Shown one piece after another: positions 25,115 to 32,000 of a stretch of DNA of 32,000 bases. The notes under the pieces are model-generated. The model did no database searches, had not been told where the DNA came from, and saw only the letters and a list, made by a program, of their open reading frames with translations. Each line of letters begins with the position of its first letter. Position 1 is the stretch's first letter. This stretch comes from Desulfocapsa sulfexigens DSM 10523 (lineage in GTDB: Bacteria > Desulfobacterota > Desulfobulbia > Desulfobulbales > Desulfocapsaceae). The stretch is taken from the NCBI RefSeq assembly GCF_000341395.1, contig NC_020304.1:2400001-2432000 (forward strand), given 5' to 3'. A program made the position numbers and the translations under genes.

Positions 25115-25184
25115 TTAAGGTATGTCCCCGTGAAGTCAGTCGGACAAGTAAAGAAATTGATGACACAGTGTGCTTTTCCTGTCA

Positions 25185-25208
25185 ATATAACAACTGTTGT
25201 TGTTATAT
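25185..25208 (+). promoter_or_regulatory. 10-bp perfect inverted repeat (candidate operator) upstream of the efflux operon
   Basis: ATATAACAAC-TGTT-GTTGTTATAT, about 90 nt before the ATG at 25297. Confidence 0.3.
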
Positions 25209-25296
25209 GTTGCCTTACTTGTTTCATAGGAGAGGAGATATACCTTTCTCCTGTCCATACCGGCATTGATCCGGTTCTTTCATTGTTTTTTGAGGT

Positions 25297-27171
25297 ATGA
25301 AAAGCGTGGAATATTCTTCCTTTTCTGTGTCCGTAGTCGTGTCACTTTGCCTCTTGGCTGCCGGCTGTTCCCCCACCCACTACCGCGAACAAAGCGATCA
25401 AAATGCCTACACGATAATCAAGCAGAAACAGCAGCAGGCCCTTGGGCACCAAGAGGAATTCAACATCGAATCTCCCGAAGAGACCCTTCGCGTGCGACTG
25501 CTGCTTGATCAGAATCTCCCCTATGCCGATTCCTCTTCCCTTGGCAGCAGCTATCTAAAAGAGATCGAGCACTGGCCGGAAAAACGCACTCGACCAGTCC
25601 CTGAGCGTGATAGATTACAGACTGCGGCCACCCCTCTTTCTCTCACACTCATTGAGGCCTTACAGATCGCTGCCCACAATAGCCGGGAATACCAGGCCAG
25701 CAAGGAAGACCTTTTTCGCATGGCCCTGGATCTTGATTTTGAGCGGGATGCTTTTCGCAACACGCTTTCAGGACAGGTATATGGTCAATACACTGACGGG
25801 CATATCGGTGCGGAGGAGAGTGTTGTGTCAGGCAGCGAAGCTTCTGCAGCGACTTCACTTTCCCGCACTTTCCAGAACGGTGCCACTTTCACCACCAGAG
25901 TAGGTTTTGATCTGGTCCAGCTACTGCAGCCCACAAAACTTTTTTCCCGCTCTTTTTTTGGTGATGCCAGTATCACCATTCCTCTTTTTCGGGGTTCAGG
26001 ACAACATATCGTTACTGAGCCGCTGACTCAGGCTGAGCGAGAAGTTTTGTATGGAGTATGGCGCTTTGAGCGCTACAAAAAAGAATTTGTTACAGACCTC
26101 ATCGAGAGTTATTTTACTGTCTTCAACTCGGAGGATCAGGTCCATAATCTGGAGGAGAACTATAAAGGTCTTGTACAGGCATCCCGCCGGGCACAGCGTT
26201 TGGCAGAAGCCGGTAAAACACCTCAGGCCCAGGTCGATCAGGCTATCCAGAACGAACTGCGGGCCAGAGACCGCTGGATAGTTTCACGCCAAACATTTGA
26301 ACGTGACCTGGATCTGTTTGCCATAAAGATCGGCCTGCCTACCGATGTTGATATCGCCCTGAACAGGGAAGAATTTAACACGCTTAAGGAATATATTAAC
26401 ACCAGGCTGGCTCATTTATTTACCATTGATGAAATGGCACTATCCCTTCCTTTTGATGCTCCCATCGTCCTTGTACCACCAACCTCTAAAGATCGAGGCC
26501 CCCTTGAACAGGAACCTGACGATGCGATACGCACCGCGCTTGCAAATCGACTGGATCTTCGCATAAAACAGGGTCGGGTATATGATGCGCAACGCAAAGT
26601 AGTGGTGGCTGCGGATCAACTTGGCCCGGAACTTTCTTTATTTGGTTCGGTCAGCGTCGGTGAACGGCGTAGCTTAAGCGATGCATCTCTCAACAGCAAC
26701 AACCGGATTGATTTTTCCAATGGTATCTACACCAGCCTGTTAACCCTTGACCTGCCTTTGGAACGAACTGCCGAGGCGAGTGCCTACCGAGACAGCTATA
26801 TTCTGCTGGAACGTGCTGTACGTGATGTTCAGGAAATGGAGGATCAGATCAAATTGCAGATACGAAACGGTATCCGTAATCTGGAGCAATTCAGGGCCAG
26901 CCTGAAAATTCAGTACCAGGCGGTCAAACTGGCCGAACGCAGGGTTTACGGGGCTTCTCTTAACCTGGAAGCGGGACGAGCAGAGATTCGCGACCTCTTG
27001 GAGGCCCAGGAGGCTTTGTTAAGCTCACAGAACAGTTTTACAGCAGCCATGGTCAACTACCGTGTTGCCGAAATCAGGATGCAGAGCGATCTTGGCATTC
27101 TGCAGGTTGACAGTAATGGACTCTGGCATGAACACATACCGGGAGAAAATTCTGATGCACTTACCCAATAA
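25297..27171 (+). CDS. TolC-family outer-membrane efflux protein, lipoprotein-type, unusually long (624 aa)
   Basis: Lipobox LLAAG/C. Two OEP-type repeat regions with long helical heptad stretches (LTLIEALQIAAHNSREYQ..., AIRTALANRLDLR...). Confidence 0.8.
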   Translation: MKSVEYSSFSVSVVVSLCLLAAGCSPTHYREQSDQNAYTIIKQKQQQALGHQEEFNIESPEETLRVRLLLDQNLPYADSSSLGSSYLKEIEHWPEKRTRPVPERDRLQTAATPLSLTLIEALQIAAHNSREYQASKEDLFRMALDLDFERDAFRNTLSGQVYGQYTDGHIGAEESVVSGSEASAATSLSRTFQNGATFTTRVGFDLVQLLQPTKLFSRSFFGDASITIPLFRGSGQHIVTEPLTQAEREVLYGVWRFERYKKEFVTDLIESYFTVFNSEDQVHNLEENYKGLVQASRRAQRLAEAGKTPQAQVDQAIQNELRARDRWIVSRQTFERDLDLFAIKIGLPTDVDIALNREEFNTLKEYINTRLAHLFTIDEMALSLPFDAPIVLVPPTSKDRGPLEQEPDDAIRTALANRLDLRIKQGRVYDAQRKVVVAADQLGPELSLFGSVSVGERRSLSDASLNSNNRIDFSNGIYTSLLTLDLPLERTAEASAYRDSYILLERAVRDVQEMEDQIKLQIRNGIRNLEQFRASLKIQYQAVKLAERRVYGASLNLEAGRAEIRDLLEAQEALLSSQNSFTAAMVNYRVAEIRMQSDLGILQVDSNGLWHEHIPGENSDALTQ

Positions 27172-28840
27172 CGTTTTGAAAGGGATATCCCGCCTGCGTC
27201 TTTCCTGGATGATTGTATTTTTTTCTTTGATATTGCTCGTTCTCGGCTATCTGGTTTTCTTCAGCAAAGAATCCGGTCAGGAAATAAAAACATCTGAACA
27301 AGCATTTTTTTCCGTCCGGCAGGGTGCTCTTATGATCGATGTTACCCAGGCAGGTACCATTCGTCCACGAGAGCAGATCATTCTGAAAAATGAGGTTGAA
27401 GGACAAACTGTCATTCTCTTTCTAATAGATGAAGGGACAGAAGTCAAAAAAGGAGACCTTCTTGTTGAACTCGATGCCAGCCAGCTTGAAGACCAGCGTG
27501 TTAACCAGCAGATCCAGGTGATTAATGCCGAGGCGACCTTTATTAATGGGCGTGAAAATCTTGAAGTGGTCAAAAACCAGGCCCTGGCTGACGTTGATCA
27601 GGCCACCCTTGACCTGGAGTTTGCCAGACAGGATCTTATTCAATATCAGGAGGGTGAGTATCCAAAGCTTGAAAAAGAGGCTAAGGCCAAAATCACCCTG
27701 GCTGAGGAAACCTTGACCAATGCAAAAAATACATTTGAATGGTCAAAAAAAATATATGAAGAAAAATATATTTCCGAGACGGAACTGAAAAGGGATGAGC
27801 TTGCCTGGCAGAAGGTACGACTGGATCTTGATCTGGCAAATGATGCGCTGGATCTGCTCCAGAATTTCACTGTAAAGCGACGCATGGCAGAACTAGAAAG
27901 CAATCTGCGGCAGACGACCATGGCCCTGGAACGAGTAAAGCGAAAGGTGTCAGCAGACATAGCTCAGGCAGAAGCCAAACTCAAAGCCAGCCAGGCTGAG
28001 TACCAGCAACAGCAGGACAAACTGGATAAGATCACTGTGCAGATCGGAAAAACCAAGATATATGCTCCCATGGAGGGTACTGTCATTTATGCCACCAGTA
28101 CCAAAATAAACTGGCGAAGTTCAGAGGAACCGCTTGATGAGGGACAGGCTGTGCGGGAACGGCAGGAGTTGATCCATTTGCCAACCACCTCCTCATATAA
28201 CGCCGAGGTTAAAATTCACGAATCCAGACTGGAAAAGATCCGAATCGGTCTTCCCGTGCGGATCACCATTGATGCCCTGCCCGACAGAACTTTTACCGGC
28301 ACTGTTGCAAGCATTGCTCCTCTGCCTGACCCGACCAGTACCTTTATGAATCCGGATCTCAAGGTCTACAACTCCGTCATTCATATTGACGGGAACGGTC
28401 AGGGCTTGAGAAACGGCATGAGTTGTCAGGCTGAAATCATTATTGACCAGTTTGACAACGCCATTTATGTGCCGGTCCAAGCCGTCATCCAACAAAACGG
28501 CAAGCCAACTGTGTTCGTCGTTCGGGACAATAGATTTATTGTACGACAGGTGAAAATCGGTATGGACAACAACCGGATGGTTCATGTACTCGAGGGGCTG
28601 CAACCCGGCGAAAACGTGCTGCTGGCCCCTCCGCTTACCGAGGCAGCCAAAACGTCACAAGACATGATCCCGACCGAAGGAAACACCCAGGAAACATTAG
28701 CGACTCGTCAAGTGGGCTCGACAATTGAATCGGACAAACAGCGGTCTAAAGGCCTTAAAAACATGACGCCGGAACAACGTGAGGCCTTTGGTAAGAAACC
28801 GAAAAATGGCAACGGTACAAACAGGCAGCCAAAAGACTGA
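27155..28840 (+). CDS. HlyD/MacA-type periplasmic adaptor with an extended coiled coil and a basic low-complexity tail
   Basis: N-terminal TM anchor, lipoyl-like half motifs (VKKGDLLVELD / IYAPMEGTV), a long coiled coil, and beta-barrel/MPD regions. RBS GGGAGA precedes the ATG at 27155, which overlaps the TolC-like stop. Confidence 0.85.
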   Translation: MHLPNNVLKGISRLRLSWMIVFFSLILLVLGYLVFFSKESGQEIKTSEQAFFSVRQGALMIDVTQAGTIRPREQIILKNEVEGQTVILFLIDEGTEVKKGDLLVELDASQLEDQRVNQQIQVINAEATFINGRENLEVVKNQALADVDQATLDLEFARQDLIQYQEGEYPKLEKEAKAKITLAEETLTNAKNTFEWSKKIYEEKYISETELKRDELAWQKVRLDLDLANDALDLLQNFTVKRRMAELESNLRQTTMALERVKRKVSADIAQAEAKLKASQAEYQQQQDKLDKITVQIGKTKIYAPMEGTVIYATSTKINWRSSEEPLDEGQAVRERQELIHLPTTSSYNAEVKIHESRLEKIRIGLPVRITIDALPDRTFTGTVASIAPLPDPTSTFMNPDLKVYNSVIHIDGNGQGLRNGMSCQAEIIIDQFDNAIYVPVQAVIQQNGKPTVFVVRDNRFIVRQVKIGMDNNRMVHVLEGLQPGENVLLAPPLTEAAKTSQDMIPTEGNTQETLATRQVGSTIESDKQRSKGLKNMTPEQREAFGKKPKNGNGTNRQPKD

Positions 28841-28846
28841 TCCCCT

Positions 28847-29563
28847 ATGACGTCAGACCAGAAACAGATACCAACAGATACCAGGAAAGCTGAGGCAGTT
28901 CTCAAGGATATCTGGAAAACCTATACCATGGGGGCAGAAAAGGTCCATGCTCTGGCCGGGGTTTCTCTCGTTTTTGAACGTGGCTCCTTCTGGGCCATTC
29001 TCGGCACCAGTGGCTCTGGAAAAAGCACCCTGCTCAACCTCCTTGGCTGTCTGGACCGGCCCACATCGGGACGATATCTTTTACGGGGGAATGATATAAG
29101 CCTTATGGACGATGATGCCCTCAGTGAAATACGACTGCGCAATATCGGATTTATATTCCAGAGTTTTAATCTTATCCAGCAATCCACCGTCGAAGAAAAT
29201 ATAGAACTGCCCCTCTATTATCAGGGAATCGATGCTGCAGAGAGCAGGAATCGCGCCAGAAAGCTTGCTGCCATGGTGGGGCTTGAAAAGCGTCTCAACC
29301 ATCGTCCCATGGAACTCTCGGGAGGACAGCAGCAGCGAGTTGCCATAGCCAGATCCCTGGCCAATGATCCGGGATTACTCCTTGCCGATGAGCCAACCGG
29401 GAACCTGGATTCACAAACCAGCGCTGAAATCATGAGGCTGCTCTGCAAACTCAATGATCAGGGGAAAACCATAATTATGGTAACCCATGAACCCGACATT
29501 GCTGCCTTTGCCCACAAACGGCTTTATATGAAAGATGGCGCTATAGAGCGCCTTGAGGGATAG
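28847..29563 (+). CDS. MacB/LolD-type ABC transporter ATP-binding protein
   Basis: Walker [11 protein letters not shown]-loop FIFQSFNL, signature [13 protein letters not shown], Walker [14 protein letters not shown]-loop VTHE. Confidence 0.93.
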   Translation: MTSDQKQIPTDTRKAEAVLKDIWKTYTMGAEKVHALAGVSLVFERGSFWAILGTSGSGKSTLLNLLGCLDRPTSGRYLLRGNDISLMDDDALSEIRLRNIGFIFQSFNLIQQSTVEENIELPLYYQGIDAAESRNRARKLAAMVGLEKRLNHRPMELSGGQQQRVAIARSLANDPGLLLADEPTGNLDSQTSAEIMRLLCKLNDQGKTIIMVTHEPDIAAFAHKRLYMKDGAIERLEG

Positions 29564-29568
29564 GTGCC

Positions 29569-30837
29569 GTGATTTTTACGAAATATTTACGTGAAATAAA
29601 ACTTGGTATCAAGAACCTGATTCAGCACAAGCTTCGTTCATCCCTGACAATGCTTGGAATGGTCTTCGGGGTCGGCAGTGTTATCGCTATGCTTGCCGTG
29701 GGGGAGGGGGCTAGTAAGCAGGCCCTTGATGAAATCCGCAAACTTGGTAGCAATAACATTATCATCACTGCCCAAAAACCGGCCGATGAACAGAATCAGC
29801 AGAATACCCGTATTCTGATGAGCATCTATGGTCTCTTGTATGAAGACGTACAACGGGTTTCCCAGAGCTTTCTTAATGTCCTGAAAGTTGTCCCGGTTAA
29901 AATTGTTCGCAAGGAAGCACGCCTGGGAGAACGAGTCATGGATATGCGCATCCTCGGCACCACACCTGACTGGTTCGAGCTGGTACGCCGACCTCTCATC
30001 GCCGGTCGTACCCTGTCCCGTTATGACCTTGATAATTTCTGTAATGTCGTGGTGCTGACAGAGCATGGAGCCAGACGGTTGCTGGCAACCAGAAGTACTA
30101 TCGGCCAGACGATTAAGCTGGGTAGTGATTATTTCGAAGTCATAGGTGTCGTCAGAAGTGAAAACAGTCAAGGGGGAGGCTTACAGAGTCCAGACCAGCA
30201 GATTGACGCCTATATTCCGCTCAATGTTGCAAAGGCTACTTTCGGCGATGTCTTCACCATGTCGAGCGCGGGGTCTCGTACCCGGGAACTCGTCGAACTT
30301 CACCAGATCATTGCTGAAGTGGATGACACAGCCAATGTGGAATCAACTGCGGCAGGCATAGAATCGATGCTGAAAATATTTCACAAAAAAAAGGATTATA
30401 CCATATCCGTTCCCCTTGCTCTTCTTCGTCAGGCCGAATCAACAAAACGTACCTTCAATATTGTACTCGGCTCCATCGCAGGTATCAGCCTGTTGGTCGG
30501 CGGTATTGGTATCATGAATATCATGCTGGCATCCGTTACTGAACGAACCAGGGAAATTGGTATTCGCCGGGCCATCGGAGCAAAACGCCGGCAGATTATT
30601 ATCCAGTTTCTCATCGAAACGGTTGTTCTCTCCACAACCGGTGGGCTTATCGGCATTGCCATCGGCATCTTCATCCCCTGGCTCATCACAACAATGGCGA
30701 AAATGCCCACAGTTGTTACTCCATCCAGTGTTATCCTTTCACTCGGTATCAGCTCGGGAATCGGCATCATATTCGGACTTTACCCGGCAATACGCGCTGC
30801 CAGTCTTGATCCGATCATTGCCCTCCGCCATGAGTAA
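29569..30837 (+). CDS. MacB/FtsX-type ABC transporter permease
   Basis: N-terminal TM (LRSSLTMLGMVFGVGSVIAM), a large periplasmic domain, and C-terminal FtsX 3-TM module (TERTREIGIRRAIGAKRRQI). GTG start. Confidence 0.9.
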   Translation: MIFTKYLREIKLGIKNLIQHKLRSSLTMLGMVFGVGSVIAMLAVGEGASKQALDEIRKLGSNNIIITAQKPADEQNQQNTRILMSIYGLLYEDVQRVSQSFLNVLKVVPVKIVRKEARLGERVMDMRILGTTPDWFELVRRPLIAGRTLSRYDLDNFCNVVVLTEHGARRLLATRSTIGQTIKLGSDYFEVIGVVRSENSQGGGLQSPDQQIDAYIPLNVAKATFGDVFTMSSAGSRTRELVELHQIIAEVDDTANVESTAAGIESMLKIFHKKKDYTISVPLALLRQAESTKRTFNIVLGSIAGISLLVGGIGIMNIMLASVTERTREIGIRRAIGAKRRQIIIQFLIETVVLSTTGGLIGIAIGIFIPWLITTMAKMPTVVTPSSVILSLGISSGIGIIFGLYPAIRAASLDPIIALRHE

Positions 30838-30873
30838 TCAGCTGAGGATTGTTTTGCTCTGTTGATTGTATCC

Positions 30874-31986
30874 CTATTCCGTCCCTTCCTGAAGTAGCCG
30901 TTTATTCAACTTCCAGTTTACTCTGATTGTTTTTACAAGAACAAAAAGTAAGGGTGCTAACAGGATGAAATATGGTACGGAAAAAATATTCAGCAAACCA
31001 GAATGGATAAGAGCTTTGTCGAGAAAAAACATCCCGAAAACCCAAAATGCCACACCGGGACAAATAAGGGCGTAACTGGCGGGAGTCCTGGCTGCGGCAA
31101 TCTCAGGATCGAGATTAACACCATGGATGAATTCGGAAAAATAGTCATTCTGACGCATGATTACAAATCCCAGGATGCCAGCAAAAATCTGGATGGACAC
31201 GATAGAACTGCACCAGATAAAATAAAAGGATGGGCTGCCGGAACCATGAAAAAGAGTGTGAAATCCGTGATGAAGGCGGATAGCTGTAATACCAAGCAGA
31301 GTAAGGATGGGAATAAGAATCCACAGGCTGGCGCTGGCTTCACGACTAATCCCTTTGTCCATCATGGCATGAAAACCTAACAACAGATTCTTGATCGCAA
31401 GCAGGGTTGCTATGGCAAAGAAGAAAATGGAACAGAATGCCGCAATGCTGATCATTACAGGATTCTCACTCATGGCGGCGGGGGCGGCAAAGCCTACGGC
31501 ATTCATGGCAAAAGTAAACGATGAAAGCATTTGACTCAGAGAGTTGTTCTTGGAATGCTGAAAGTTGCCACCGGTGAGTAGTCTGCGGTAATAGTTGTAA
31601 AACAGGGTGAGACTATAGATACCTGTGGCCAGAAATGCAAGAAAGGCAAAGGGGAAGAGGTACTCAACAATATTCCAGAGGCCGGGAACCAGCATTGCGC
31701 CGAGCACGAACATGACGTTGATCGTCATTGTCAGGGTGAGGGGAATGGTCATTAGAGATATTTCATTACTACCCTGAATAAGCTCATTATAGTCGTCAGT
31801 TTTCTTGAATAAGCGGTATTCCCGGATATTCCACACCAGCATTCGCAGATGATTGAATGCGAAATAGAGCATAAGGGCGTAGCAGACAGCAGCAAGTGCT
31901 TTGACGGGGAGTGAAGTGGCTGCAAGAGAAGTCCACACCGAGTCAAAAGTCGCAATGGGTGTATCTGGGTGGGGTGTCATAAACAT
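30874..31986 (-). CDS. polytopic (about 10 TM) membrane protein, transporter-like; family not confidently recognised (possibly TDT/TehA-like)
   Basis: 370-aa ORF, hydrophobic throughout with regularly spaced TM segments. Convergent with the ABC permease gene. Confidence 0.6.
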   Translation of the reverse strand: MFMTPHPDTPIATFDSVWTSLAATSLPVKALAAVCYALMLYFAFNHLRMLVWNIREYRLFKKTDDYNELIQGSNEISLMTIPLTLTMTINVMFVLGAMLVPGLWNIVEYLFPFAFLAFLATGIYSLTLFYNYYRRLLTGGNFQHSKNNSLSQMLSSFTFAMNAVGFAAPAAMSENPVMISIAAFCSIFFFAIATLLAIKNLLLGFHAMMDKGISREASASLWILIPILTLLGITAIRLHHGFHTLFHGSGSPSFYFIWCSSIVSIQIFAGILGFVIMRQNDYFSEFIHGVNLDPEIAAARTPASYALICPGVAFWVFGMFFLDKALIHSGLLNIFSVPYFILLAPLLFVLVKTIRVNWKLNKRLLQEGTE

Positions 31987-32000
31987 GAAAAAGATAAAGA

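Noticed and set aside
24936-25115. Riboswitch or structured cis-regulatory RNA closed by a 12-bp P1-like helix upstream of the efflux operon.
   Set aside because: I could not match the interior to any riboswitch consensus I know (cobalamin, Moco, c-di-GMP, NiCo, fluoride, guanidine). The 8-bp direct repeat immediately outside the inverted termini is better explained by transposition. This is kept as the alternative hypothesis in the MITE finding.
24751-25266. ORFs 24751..25005 (+), 24955..25266 (-) and 25103..25300 (+) in the long intergenic gap.
   Set aside because: They have no RBS, overlap the MITE-like element and each other, and their translations have no recognisable features.
1-32000. 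tRNA, rRNA and CRISPR arrays, and an integron integrase or other tyrosine recombinase.
   Set aside because: - I found no cloverleaf-type T-arm (GGTTCGAATCC-like) outside coding sequence.
- I found no regularly spaced direct repeats of 25-40 nt.
- No ORF carries recombinase R..HxxR..Y motifs.
- Absence was judged by eye only.

Overview
Bacterial chromosomal window read by eye. Coordinates were hand-counted, and no database search or folding program was run.

Layout:
- (i) 1-6.8 kb is a housekeeping block: a partial radical-SAM-like gene, a LolA-like gene and murI on the minus strand; an FmdB zinc-ribbon gene; queA; and a translationally coupled mqnB-mqnD-mobA set followed by an acyltransferase-3 gene.
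- (ii) About 6.8-16.6 kb is a visibly AT-richer accessory block. It holds short, co-oriented, functionally unrelated plus-strand ORFs: PEBP/YbhB, acyltransferase-3, cupin, small lipoprotein, GNAT, SAM-methyltransferase, EamA, DJ-1/PfpI remnant and a 4Fe-4S protein.
- (iii) 16.7-19.2 kb has three minus-strand exported proteins of unknown function, including DUF3047.
- (iv) 19.7-22.9 kb is proVWX.
- (v) 23.0-24.6 kb has a MarR gene and a split small permease pair.
- (vi) 25.3-30.8 kb is a TolC-like / HlyD-adaptor / ABC-ATPase / FtsX-permease efflux operon, followed by a polytopic membrane protein.

Main hypothesis: block (ii) is an integron-type gene-cassette array with no integrase in this window (CALIN-like). 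The ORFs are separated by a recurring junction element. It begins with (A)TAAC or AAAC overlapping the stop codon, contains a shared TYCAC..GGAC motif, and ends in GTT(A/C)... shortly before the next start.

The array is decaying:
- An intact IS21-family element (istAB, TG..CA ends, 5-bp CATTC duplication) splits the cupin gene.
- The GNAT and EamA genes are frameshifted.
- The DJ-1 gene has an internal deletion.
- Two copies of a RAYT/IS200-like transposase 5' remnant bracket the second acyltransferase.

Second find: a 178-bp MITE-like element with perfect 10-bp terminal inverted repeats and an 8-bp TTAAGGTA duplication lies in the long leader upstream of the efflux operon.

No tRNA, rRNA or CRISPR array was seen. 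No clearly novel multi-gene system can be asserted from sequence alone. The cassette array and the lipoprotein/DUF3047 pair are the best places to look.
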